Below, piece by piece: positions 55,393 to 62,405 of a stretch of 62,405 nucleotides of DNA; the first letter of the stretch is position 1, and each line of letters starts with the position of its first letter. The translations under genes and the position numbers were made by a program. The stretch covers positions 1 through 62,405 of IMG/VR virus record IMGVR_UViG_3300012665_000357; one strand, written 5' to 3'. Origin of the DNA: a virus (Duplodnaviria > Caudoviricetes). The notes below the pieces were generated by a model. It did no database searches. It saw only the letters and a program-made list of their open reading frames with translations, and was not told the DNA's origin.

Positions 55393-57753
55393 TTATGCTC
55401 CCGCTGCTATAGCTTGCGCAGCTGTCAGGTTTCCAGGAGACTGAAAAGAAGATAAGCTAGTTGACTCACCTTCAACTTCTTGTAATAGACGTCTATTCAT
55501 CTTGATCGTTTGTATAAATTTTCCATTACTAAATTTAGAGTCTATTTCAAGAACTTGATATAGTCCACTAAAATCTTTAACTAACTCTGTTGGACCAAAG
55601 CTCATAGTGCCTGCTTGTTGGTCGACATCTAATGGTGTTCTAAAATTAACAATTACATCAACCTCACCGTTTTGATAATTCATAGATCCGTCACCATTTA
55701 AATTAATAAGATCAGTAATAGGAGCAGTATAATTACCAACACCGCTATCTGTTATATAATAAGGATCGCCAAGAATAGTCATGTTTAGTTCTATCATGTC
55801 TGCACCATTAGTCATGGCATCATGAAACTGTCGAGCAACTCGTACTGCTTGTGTCTCTACGCCTCCGCCGCCTCCACCATCGGTTCTATTTTTTATTGTC
55901 ATTGGTCTATTTTTAGTTCCCGCAGATCCAGTTGCAGGAACCGCGGTTCCATATATTTCAGCTTGCTGGGCTTCAAATCGTGCATTTTCCGAAGCTGCTA
56001 CTGTTGACTCTTCGTCTATATCTCCACTAGTATTTTCTTTTGTTTTCTCGCTTTCGGTATTAACGTAATTATCAGCTGCAAATGATTGATAGAAGCCAGC
56101 CTGGAATGTTATGTCAAAGTCTAAAATATCTAAATTTTTACCTGTGTAGATATAATTGTACTCTTTAATAGCTTCTTCTTTAAGCGCAGCATATCCTTTA
56201 GGTTTACTATTTGCTTTTGTTATTCTACTAGAATGTGCCAAATAAGGTATAATTCTAAAAACAACTAATCTTGGTTTGTCGCCTGTTTTTTTAAGATTAG
56301 CTTCGGAGTCAATATTATAAACTTGAGTTTCAATCTTAAACCAAGGTATCATACCTCGCTTATCAACTTGGCTAGGAGACAATGCTTGTCTGCAATAGTC
56401 GCTTTGTAATATTACTTGGTTAATTGCATTGGTAATATTAGAGCCTTGGGCAAATCTAAAATCACTTTTACTAGGGTCAACTGTTAGGTCACCCCTTTTC
56501 CATATTCCAGTAGCTTCGTCATAAACTACATTGTCTTTACCAAACGGAGTATCACCTTTTCGTTCGTAACTAAATCCCATTTTAGCGGCGCCTATGGCAT
56601 TTAAGTCATCTGTTTTTTGTTCAAATCCTTTATCTGGACTACTTTTAGAAACTTTTAAACGAGTTTCAATTGTAGAATTAGATGCGGCTGCTGGACTAGT
56701 AGTTGCGGTTTTGTTAGATGCGCTGTCACCTGTGACATTTCCAGTTGCTATATCCGAAGGGAACAAGATTAATATCTCGTCCGGAACAGCCACGCTACCT
56801 TGTTTAACTTCACTTTTTAGTCTATCATTAACAACTTTTTGTAAACTTTTTTCACCTGTTTGTAACATTTCTTGTACAGAAGATCCTGAAATATTAACTG
56901 GAGTTTTTAATGTAGTGTACACTTCACTAAAGGCTTGTTCATTCCACGGATATGCTCCGATGGTGTACATACTACCTTTTCCAGTTACTCGCATTGATAC
57001 TTCTAAAATTTTGATAGGAATATATTTTTTAGATCCGGGTATTACATAGTCTTTACCGTTGACATCCCATCCTTTAAATTCAATAGTTAACAAGTAAGGT
57101 GCAGTTAAGTATGTCTGTTCATTGCCCGTACTCTTGGCTGCAATTTGCATGGCTTCCATAAACCCGCCCATACTATAGGGTTCAGTAACCATAAAATTTA
57201 ATCCAGTTGCATTAGTATTGCCGGTGGCTTTGTCCATTCCTACTGTGCTGTTTATAGTTAAATCGTCTAAGAAAAAATCAAATTTGCCGCTGGGGTTTCC
57301 GGGCATGCCGTAGGGTGTAGCAACTCTATCATTAGGGTTAAGACTAGCACTTTTTAAAATAGTAACTCCTGTTTTACCTTGTCTATAAGTTTCGTCAGGA
57401 AAGTTAACTTGGTAGTCAGTTAATACACTTAATGAGAAAATACAATTATATGCAGTATAATAGTTTAACGGATTTCCAAAAGGTGGTTTAAGATTAGTTG
57501 AAATCTTTGTTTGATTTGCAGTATTAAACGCTTGGATGTTTTTTAAATCAGTTAGCTGTACTAATCTACTAACATCTTGTACAGCATTAGATACTTTACC
57601 CACTGCTTGAGTAATTTCTTGTCCTGCTATTTTATTAATTGCTCCGGAGACAGCACTAACTGCACTAGTAGATAAATTTTTAGCTAGACTAGTATCAGAT
57701 ATAACTTTTTTGGCGCTGTTAATTGCGTTCGTTGCTTGATCTAGAAGACCCAT
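55393..57753 (-). CDS. baseplate hub protein (gp27-like)
   Basis: Synteny upstream of the spike; ILGDPY, FSGLYQV..I.S.FSNGKF.Q.I hub-type C-terminus. Confidence 0.7.
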   Translation of the reverse strand: MGLLDQATNAINSAKKVISDTSLAKNLSTSAVSAVSGAINKIAGQEITQAVGKVSNAVQDVSRLVQLTDLKNIQAFNTANQTKISTNLKPPFGNPLNYYTAYNCIFSLSVLTDYQVNFPDETYRQGKTGVTILKSASLNPNDRVATPYGMPGNPSGKFDFFLDDLTINSTVGMDKATGNTNATGLNFMVTEPYSMGGFMEAMQIAAKSTGNEQTYLTAPYLLTIEFKGWDVNGKDYVIPGSKKYIPIKILEVSMRVTGKGSMYTIGAYPWNEQAFSEVYTTLKTPVNISGSSVQEMLQTGEKSLQKVVNDRLKSEVKQGSVAVPDEILILFPSDIATGNVTGDSASNKTATTSPAAASNSTIETRLKVSKSSPDKGFEQKTDDLNAIGAAKMGFSYERKGDTPFGKDNVVYDEATGIWKRGDLTVDPSKSDFRFAQGSNITNAINQVILQSDYCRQALSPSQVDKRGMIPWFKIETQVYNIDSEANLKKTGDKPRLVVFRIIPYLAHSSRITKANSKPKGYAALKEEAIKEYNYIYTGKNLDILDFDITFQAGFYQSFAADNYVNTESEKTKENTSGDIDEESTVAASENARFEAQQAEIYGTAVPATGSAGTKNRPMTIKNRTDGGGGGGVETQAVRVARQFHDAMTNGADMIELNMTILGDPYYITDSGVGNYTAPITDLINLNGDGSMNYQNGEVDVIVNFRTPLDVDQQAGTMSFGPTELVKDFSGLYQVLEIDSKFSNGKFIQTIKMNRRLLQEVEGESTSLSSFQSPGNLTAAQAIAAGA

Positions 57754-57754
57754 T

Positions 57755-58054
57755 TTATATTCCTAATACTTGTTTAAGACTACTGGCTTTAGGTATATAG
57801 ATTTGCTTACCGGGAACAAAATCAAAAATAGGATCTTGTATGACATCTAAATTTCTTTGAATAAAAACCCACCACAATTTAGATTCTTTGTACAAATCGT
57901 ATGCTAATAGATCCGGTCTATATGTATATTGAGGTTCTATTGTATAAAGGTAATCATCAGACTCGGCACTGACCGGTCTAATAGAAAGCACATCAAGATA
58001 ATTTTGAACTACTCGTGTAGTATGCCAAGGGCTTGTACTAGTGTATATTGCCAT
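57755..58054 (-). CDS. baseplate wedge protein (gp53/LysM-like)
   Basis: YRPDLLAYDLY...LWWVF...N......IYIP. Confidence 0.8.
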   Translation of the reverse strand: MAIYTSTSPWHTTRVVQNYLDVLSIRPVSAESDDYLYTIEPQYTYRPDLLAYDLYKESKLWWVFIQRNLDVIQDPIFDFVPGKQIYIPKASSLKQVLGI

Positions 58055-59082
58055 TATAGATATCCTACTCCAGAGTTTACGTATTCGCCTTTAACAAATT
58101 TTTGTAAACTAAATTGTCTTATGCTTTCTCTACTGTAAATTGGAGTTACAGTAATACTAATATCACTTTTAACTGGCACATAAGATGCAGCGCCGTTACC
58201 TCCTCCTGCAAGGCCTGAAGAATTTAAAAATTGTTTGCCCATATTAATAGCATCTCCAATATTACCTGCAACCTTTGCTGCCTTTGCCAGGCCTGACGAG
58301 AATGGAGCAACTAGGCCTGCTATTTTTCCTGCATCAGTTAGTATGCTTGTTAGGTCAGTACTGGCGCCGCCAGCGGCTGCTACTCCTACATTTGTGCCAA
58401 TGTAATCTACGTTATTTGGTAATTCAATACTAAAACTATTAACGACTACAGGAACATTTTTAAAAACATAATCTCCGTATCCACTTAGTCTTAAAATTAT
58501 AGGCGGATTACCTGCAGGATTATCTGTGCCAGTAAACATCTTAGTAACTGACCTTAAAAAGTGTACCACTCCTAACCAGTAGGCAGCATCGTATTGTGTT
58601 TCTACATTAAATGATCCTCTGATAACTATTTGTGAAGGTGTAGAACTATCGTACGATGTAAAGCCATAGTTTTGATGTGTAATCGGTGTTGTTTGCCAAC
58701 CTGCAGATCCTGCCATTGTTATAGTCGGTGTAAAAGGAAATATTAGGCCTCCTGTTTTTATTAACGGAGCAAGAGCAGGACTTTCATCAAAGAATGTACC
58801 AGTTGGCATAGCTAGTCGGACTCTCCAATCAGGTGCTGCTCCTCCCCATTGTGCAGATGAGTTAGTAACCTTGCCAGATCCTTCACCGCCCGGTGGTAAT
58901 GATATCGATCGGATTACGGAGATCAGTCCAAAGGGATTAGATAAATTATTAAGCGTATTACTTAATTTACCGGCCAATCCTGCTGCTCCGCCTAATGCAC
59001 CAAGGCCTTGTTGTACAGCAGAACCTATTTGTTGCTGGGCACTGGCAACTGCTCCACTAATTTGACTAAAGTTCACTGGCAT
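58054..59082 (-). CDS. baseplate/tail-tube initiator-like protein (gp48/gp54-like)
   Basis: FPFTPTI, PPII.RLSGYG.YVFKNVPVVV.SF tube-fold motifs; first gene of the baseplate block. Confidence 0.6.
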   Translation of the reverse strand: MPVNFSQISGAVASAQQQIGSAVQQGLGALGGAAGLAGKLSNTLNNLSNPFGLISVIRSISLPPGGEGSGKVTNSSAQWGGAAPDWRVRLAMPTGTFFDESPALAPLIKTGGLIFPFTPTITMAGSAGWQTTPITHQNYGFTSYDSSTPSQIVIRGSFNVETQYDAAYWLGVVHFLRSVTKMFTGTDNPAGNPPIILRLSGYGDYVFKNVPVVVNSFSIELPNNVDYIGTNVGVAAAGGASTDLTSILTDAGKIAGLVAPFSSGLAKAAKVAGNIGDAINMGKQFLNSSGLAGGGNGAASYVPVKSDISITVTPIYSRESIRQFSLQKFVKGEYVNSGVGYL

Positions 59083-59112
59083 AATATTTGGCGTTCCTTT
59101 TTAAATATTTAG
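59083..59112 (-). promoter_or_regulatory. putative late promoter (CTAAATA) with weak SD-enclosing hairpin
   Basis: Arms 59083-59089/59103-59109 (AU-only) flank AAGGA; back-to-back with the sigma70 promoter of gp55. Confidence 0.5.
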
Positions 59113-59141
59113 TTGACAAAATTAAGTGTATACTTTATAAT
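59113..59141 (+). promoter_or_regulatory. consensus sigma70 promoter
   Basis: TTGACA-17 nt-TATAAT upstream of the gp55-like gene. Confidence 0.88.
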
Positions 59142-59162
59142 GTAGCAAGGACCTTATAATAT

Positions 59163-59987
59163 ATGACAAAAGTTAACTACTTAAACAACAAAGACATTTT
59201 AGAAGAAATACACAGATCAAAAAATACATTCTGTTCATACACCGATGCAAAATATCATCAATACGATCTTATCTTGCCCAACGTTGATAAAATCAATATT
59301 CGTACTATAGCAGAAGCTAAACGGGCACAAGCTAAACGTCAAGGAGATGCAGAATACCAAAGACGTAAAGCACTAGGGGAAAAAGTCAAGCAAGCGGATA
59401 CAGAAGTTGACTATAAAAAGATTCAAAAAACTGATGTAGTGTTCCGTATTATGACGTTTGATCATATTCCACTAAACAGTACACGTAAGAAAAATCCAAA
59501 AAGTCTAGCGGATCATAGAGATAAAGTTAACTTTCCCCCGTTCCAGCATTGGAAGTTTGACGAGAATGATATCTTAGTTTGTGTTGGAAAGTCGCATTGG
59601 AAGGGCGACTTAGAAAAAGGCAAGTTTGATAAAGATTACGGGCAGATTACGCCTACGTTAGCCCGGATGTTTTTAAAATTATGTGAGCGTTATGCTACCC
59701 GTGGTAATGTTCGTGGTTATACGTACAATGACGAAATGCGTGGGCAGGCTATTCTACAGTTAACACAAATTGGTCTGCAGTTTGATGAATCAAAATCAAA
59801 CAATCCGTTTGCTTATTATACTGCTGCCGTTACTAATAGTTTTGTTAGAGTAATTAATGTAGAAAAACGTAATCAAATGATTCGAGACGATCTACTTGAA
59901 ATTAACGGAATGAATCCAAGTTACACTAGAATGGGTGAGGGAGAGCATGCCGCCGCTGTCAAAAGATTTGACGAAACTACTGATTGA
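59163..59987 (+). CDS. late-transcription sigma factor (T4 gp55-like)
   Basis: NYLNNKD; N.RGYTY.DEM...A; FDESKSNNPFAYYT....NSF.R....EK; adjacent to gp47/gp46 as in T4-like phages. Confidence 0.85.
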   Translation: MTKVNYLNNKDILEEIHRSKNTFCSYTDAKYHQYDLILPNVDKINIRTIAEAKRAQAKRQGDAEYQRRKALGEKVKQADTEVDYKKIQKTDVVFRIMTFDHIPLNSTRKKNPKSLADHRDKVNFPPFQHWKFDENDILVCVGKSHWKGDLEKGKFDKDYGQITPTLARMFLKLCERYATRGNVRGYTYNDEMRGQAILQLTQIGLQFDESKSNNPFAYYTAAVTNSFVRVINVEKRNQMIRDDLLEINGMNPSYTRMGEGEHAAAVKRFDETTD

Positions 59988-60012
59988 CCTGTAGCGGTAA
60001 AACAACTATAAT
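59984..60012 (+). promoter_or_regulatory. sigma70-type promoter
   Basis: TTGACC-17 nt-TATAAT, overlapping the gp55 stop and upstream of gp47. Confidence 0.8.
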
Positions 60013-60032
60013 AGTCTAACGGAGATAATATA

Positions 60033-61046
60033 TTGAGTAATCTTTTTAAACGAGTGGCTTGCTTTACGGACATACACTTTGGATTAAAGTCTAACAGTCA
60101 AGTACACAATCAAGATTGTGAAGACTTTGTCGATTGGTATATTGCCAAAGCTAAAGAGAACGGATGTGATACAGGAATCTTTATGGGAGACTGGCATCAC
60201 AATCGTAACAGTCTTAACATTACCACTATGGATTATAGTCTCAGGGCTTTAGAAAAACTCGGAGCTGCTTTTGATCAGTTTTTCTTTTTTCCAGGGAATC
60301 ACGATCTTTATTATAAAGACAAGCGAGATATCCACTCAGTAGAGTTTGGCAAATACATTCCTGGCATTACTGTGGTACATAAACCTATGACCGTTGGTGA
60401 TGTTACCTTGTGCCCGTGGCTTGTGGGCGACGAATGGCGTACTGTGGGCAAGCAAGGCGGCAAGTATATCTTTGGTCACTTTGAATTGCCTAGCTTCTTT
60501 ATGAATGCTATGGTACAGATGCCAGATCATGGCGAGATTAGCCTTGACAGCTTTAAAGGTTATGAGATGGGATTCAGTGGACACTTCCACAAACGTCAAC
60601 AACAGCGCAATATGATCTATATTGGCAATGCATTCCCACATAACTATGCAGATAACTGGGACGATGATCGCGGAATGATGGTACTCGAGTGGGGAGGTGA
60701 GCCTGAATATCACACATGGCCTATGCAACCTACATTCCGCACGGTAAAACTAAGCGAACTAATTGACAACGCAGACACAATTATTAAACCTAACCAACAT
60801 CTACGTGTTAGTTTAGACATTGATATCAGTTATGAAGAAGCTAGTTTTATCAAAGAGAAGTTTATGGCAGACTATGCGATACGTGAACTAACGCTTATTC
60901 CAGAAAAGAAAGATATTGAGATTAACACAGATATTGATATTCAAGCATTTGAAAGTGTAGATCAAATTGTCTCCAATCAACTTGTTAATATTGAAAGTGA
61001 TACTTTCGATAAAAAGATCCTGTTGGAGATTTATAATAGCCTATGA
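60033..61046 (+). CDS. recombination endonuclease subunit (T4 gp47 / Mre11-SbcD-like)
   Basis: Metallophosphoesterase motifs DIH, GD, GNHD, GH, SGHFH; TTG start with GGAG SD. Confidence 0.92.
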   Translation: MSNLFKRVACFTDIHFGLKSNSQVHNQDCEDFVDWYIAKAKENGCDTGIFMGDWHHNRNSLNITTMDYSLRALEKLGAAFDQFFFFPGNHDLYYKDKRDIHSVEFGKYIPGITVVHKPMTVGDVTLCPWLVGDEWRTVGKQGGKYIFGHFELPSFFMNAMVQMPDHGEISLDSFKGYEMGFSGHFHKRQQQRNMIYIGNAFPHNYADNWDDDRGMMVLEWGGEPEYHTWPMQPTFRTVKLSELIDNADTIIKPNQHLRVSLDIDISYEEASFIKEKFMADYAIRELTLIPEKKDIEINTDIDIQAFESVDQIVSNQLVNIESDTFDKKILLEIYNSL

Positions 61047-62405
61047 TTAAAATTAAAGATTTAACAGTTAAAAACTTTATGAGCGTGGGTAATCAAACCC
61101 AGGCTGTGAACTTTTGCAGAGAACAACTAACACTGGTGCTAGGTGAGAACTTAGACCAAGGTGGAGATGACAGCGGATCACGTAATGGTACAGGTAAAAC
61201 TACCATTGTTAATGCACTGAGCTTTGCATTGTACGGCACTGCTCTTACAAACATTAAGAAAGACAACTTAATTAACAAGATTAACAATAAGAACATGCTG
61301 GTTACCTTGACTTTTGACAAGGACGGTAACAATTATAAGATTGAACGTGGGCGCAAACCCGCAATCATGAAGTTCTATGTTAACAATCAAGAGCAGAGCG
61401 CAGAGACAACTGATGATAGTCAGGGTGACATGCGCGAAACGCAAAAGGATATTGACGAGTTGTTAGGTATGAGCCATGACATGTTTAAACACATTGTTGC
61501 TCTTAACACCTATACAGAACCGTTTCTCAGCTTAAAAGCCAATGAACAACGTGAGATCATTGAGCAGTTGTTAGGTATTACTCTGTTATCAGAGAAAGCA
61601 GACACGCTTAAAGAACAGATTAGACTAACAAAAGAAAATATCTTTCAAGAATCTGCAGATATTGAAGCTGCTAAGAAGTCTAACGATAAAATTCAGATTA
61701 GTATTACAGGTTTAGAAACTAGACAGTCAGCTTGGTATGCGCAACAGAAAACAGACTGTGTAAGGATTGCAGATTCAATTACGGAACTACAGAGTGTTGA
61801 CATTGAACGAGAGTTAACACAACATGCCAAGTTAAAACAGTACGAAGAGCATGCTGCCAAGATTAAAAGTCTTAACAAAGAAAAGTCAACACTTGAAACT
61901 GCTGTAATACAAGCAGATAAAAGTGTAACCAAGTACACAAAAGAACTAGAACAGTTAAAGAACAAGACTTGTCCTGCGTGTGAGCAAGGTTTACATACAC
62001 ACAAGCACGAAGAAATGTCTGCAACTGCTGAGAAAAATCTAGCAGATGCTATGATTTATCTACAAGGTGTTAGCGACAGCTATGCCAGTGTCATGCAAGA
62101 GTTAGAAACTATTGGTGACATCAATGGAAGACCGCAAACTTATTATGACACTGTTGAAGAAGCACTCAAACATCAGAACAATCTTGCCAGTTTAGAAACT
62201 GCATTAGCTAATAGACAACAAGAAACAGATCCTTATCAAGAACAAATTGATGATCTTAGACACACTGCTATTCAAGAAATATCTTGGGATAATGTTAACT
62301 TGTTGAATACTATGAAGGATCATCAAGAGTTCTTGTTAAAGTTGTTGACTAATAAGGATTCGTTTATTCGTAAGAAGATCATAGATCAAAACCTTGCCTA
62401 CTTGA
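61043..62405 (+). CDS. recombination ATPase subunit (T4 gp46 / Rad50-SbcC-like), runs off the window end
   Basis: Not in the ORF track; MIKIKDLTVKNFMSVGN..., Walker A NGTGKTT, coiled coil, zinc hook CPAC near 61970. Confidence 0.92.
   Translation, partial: MIKIKDLTVKNFMSVGNQTQAVNFCREQLTLVLGENLDQGGDDSGSRNGTGKTTIVNALSFALYGTALTNIKKDNLINKINNKNMLVTLTFDKDGNNYKIERGRKPAIMKFYVNNQEQSAETTDDSQGDMRETQKDIDELLGMSHDMFKHIVALNTYTEPFLSLKANEQREIIEQLLGITLLSEKADTLKEQIRLTKENIFQESADIEAAKKSNDKIQISITGLETRQSAWYAQQKTDCVRIADSITELQSVDIERELTQHAKLKQYEEHAAKIKSLNKEKSTLETAVIQADKSVTKYTKELEQLKNKTCPACEQGLHTHKHEEMSATAEKNLADAMIYLQGVSDSYASVMQELETIGDINGRPQTYYDTVEEALKHQNNLASLETALANRQQETDPYQEQIDDLRHTAIQEISWDNVNLLNTMKDHQEFLLKLLTNKDSFIRKKIIDQNLAYL

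Noticed and set aside
49803-59082. Bacterial T6SS, eCIS or tailocin locus
   Set aside because: It is flanked by gp55-, gp47- and gp46-like genes, rnh and thyX in phage-like organisation, with no bacterial housekeeping genes
227-62004. Many 60-185 aa alternative-frame or antisense ORFs in the track (e.g. 8349..8906, 31900..32343, 56594..57049, 60336..60728, 61693..62004)
   Set aside because: They lie within well-supported genes, have no recognisable motifs, and are typical shadow ORFs
1-62405. Stop-codon reassignment (code 15 or 4) as seen in some jumbo phages
   Set aside because: Genes tile the window nearly completely in code 11, including a 13.6-kb ORF; TGA is often used as a stop in ATGA overlaps, and no gene appears fragmented by TAG
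1-62405. tRNA genes, CRISPR arrays, introns/inteins, DGR or transposase
   Set aside because: Intergenic gaps are all under about 90 nt with no cloverleaf or repeat-spacer pattern; no RT, homing endonuclease, intein or transposase motifs were recognised by eye

Overview
A densely coding, AT-rich 62.4-kb segment of a large T4-like (contractile-tailed, probably jumbo) dsDNA phage using the standard genetic code. (1) 1-11197 (+): metabolic/replication genes, namely the folE C-terminus, a QueE-like radical SAM (rSAM) enzyme, two 2OG-Fe(II) oxygenases, RNase H/5'-3' exonuclease, a MoxR AAA ATPase with a metallopeptidase-vWA partner, thyX and hypotheticals. (2) 11194-29101 (-): a tightly coupled 20-gene, ~18-kb operon with 9 rSAM enzymes in three paralog classes, 4 glycosyltransferase-like proteins, a methyltransferase, an SDR, a QueC-like PP-loop ATPase and 4 unknowns. 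It lies directly downstream of the tail-fibre genes and behind a putative late promoter. It is the best candidate for an undescribed system, possibly a phage-encoded radical glycan-tailoring pathway for the virion. (3) 29158-59082 (-): baseplate/tail-fibre module (tube-like, gp53-, hub-, gp5-, gp25- and gp6-like proteins, a 4522-aa giant and three paralogous fibres). (4) 59163-end (+): gp55-like late sigma factor, gp47 and truncated gp46. Four near-consensus sigma70 promoters and a recurrent TAAATA late-promoter/RBS-hairpin architecture are visible. No tRNA, CRISPR array or mobile element was recognised. All product calls come from motif recognition, not database searches.
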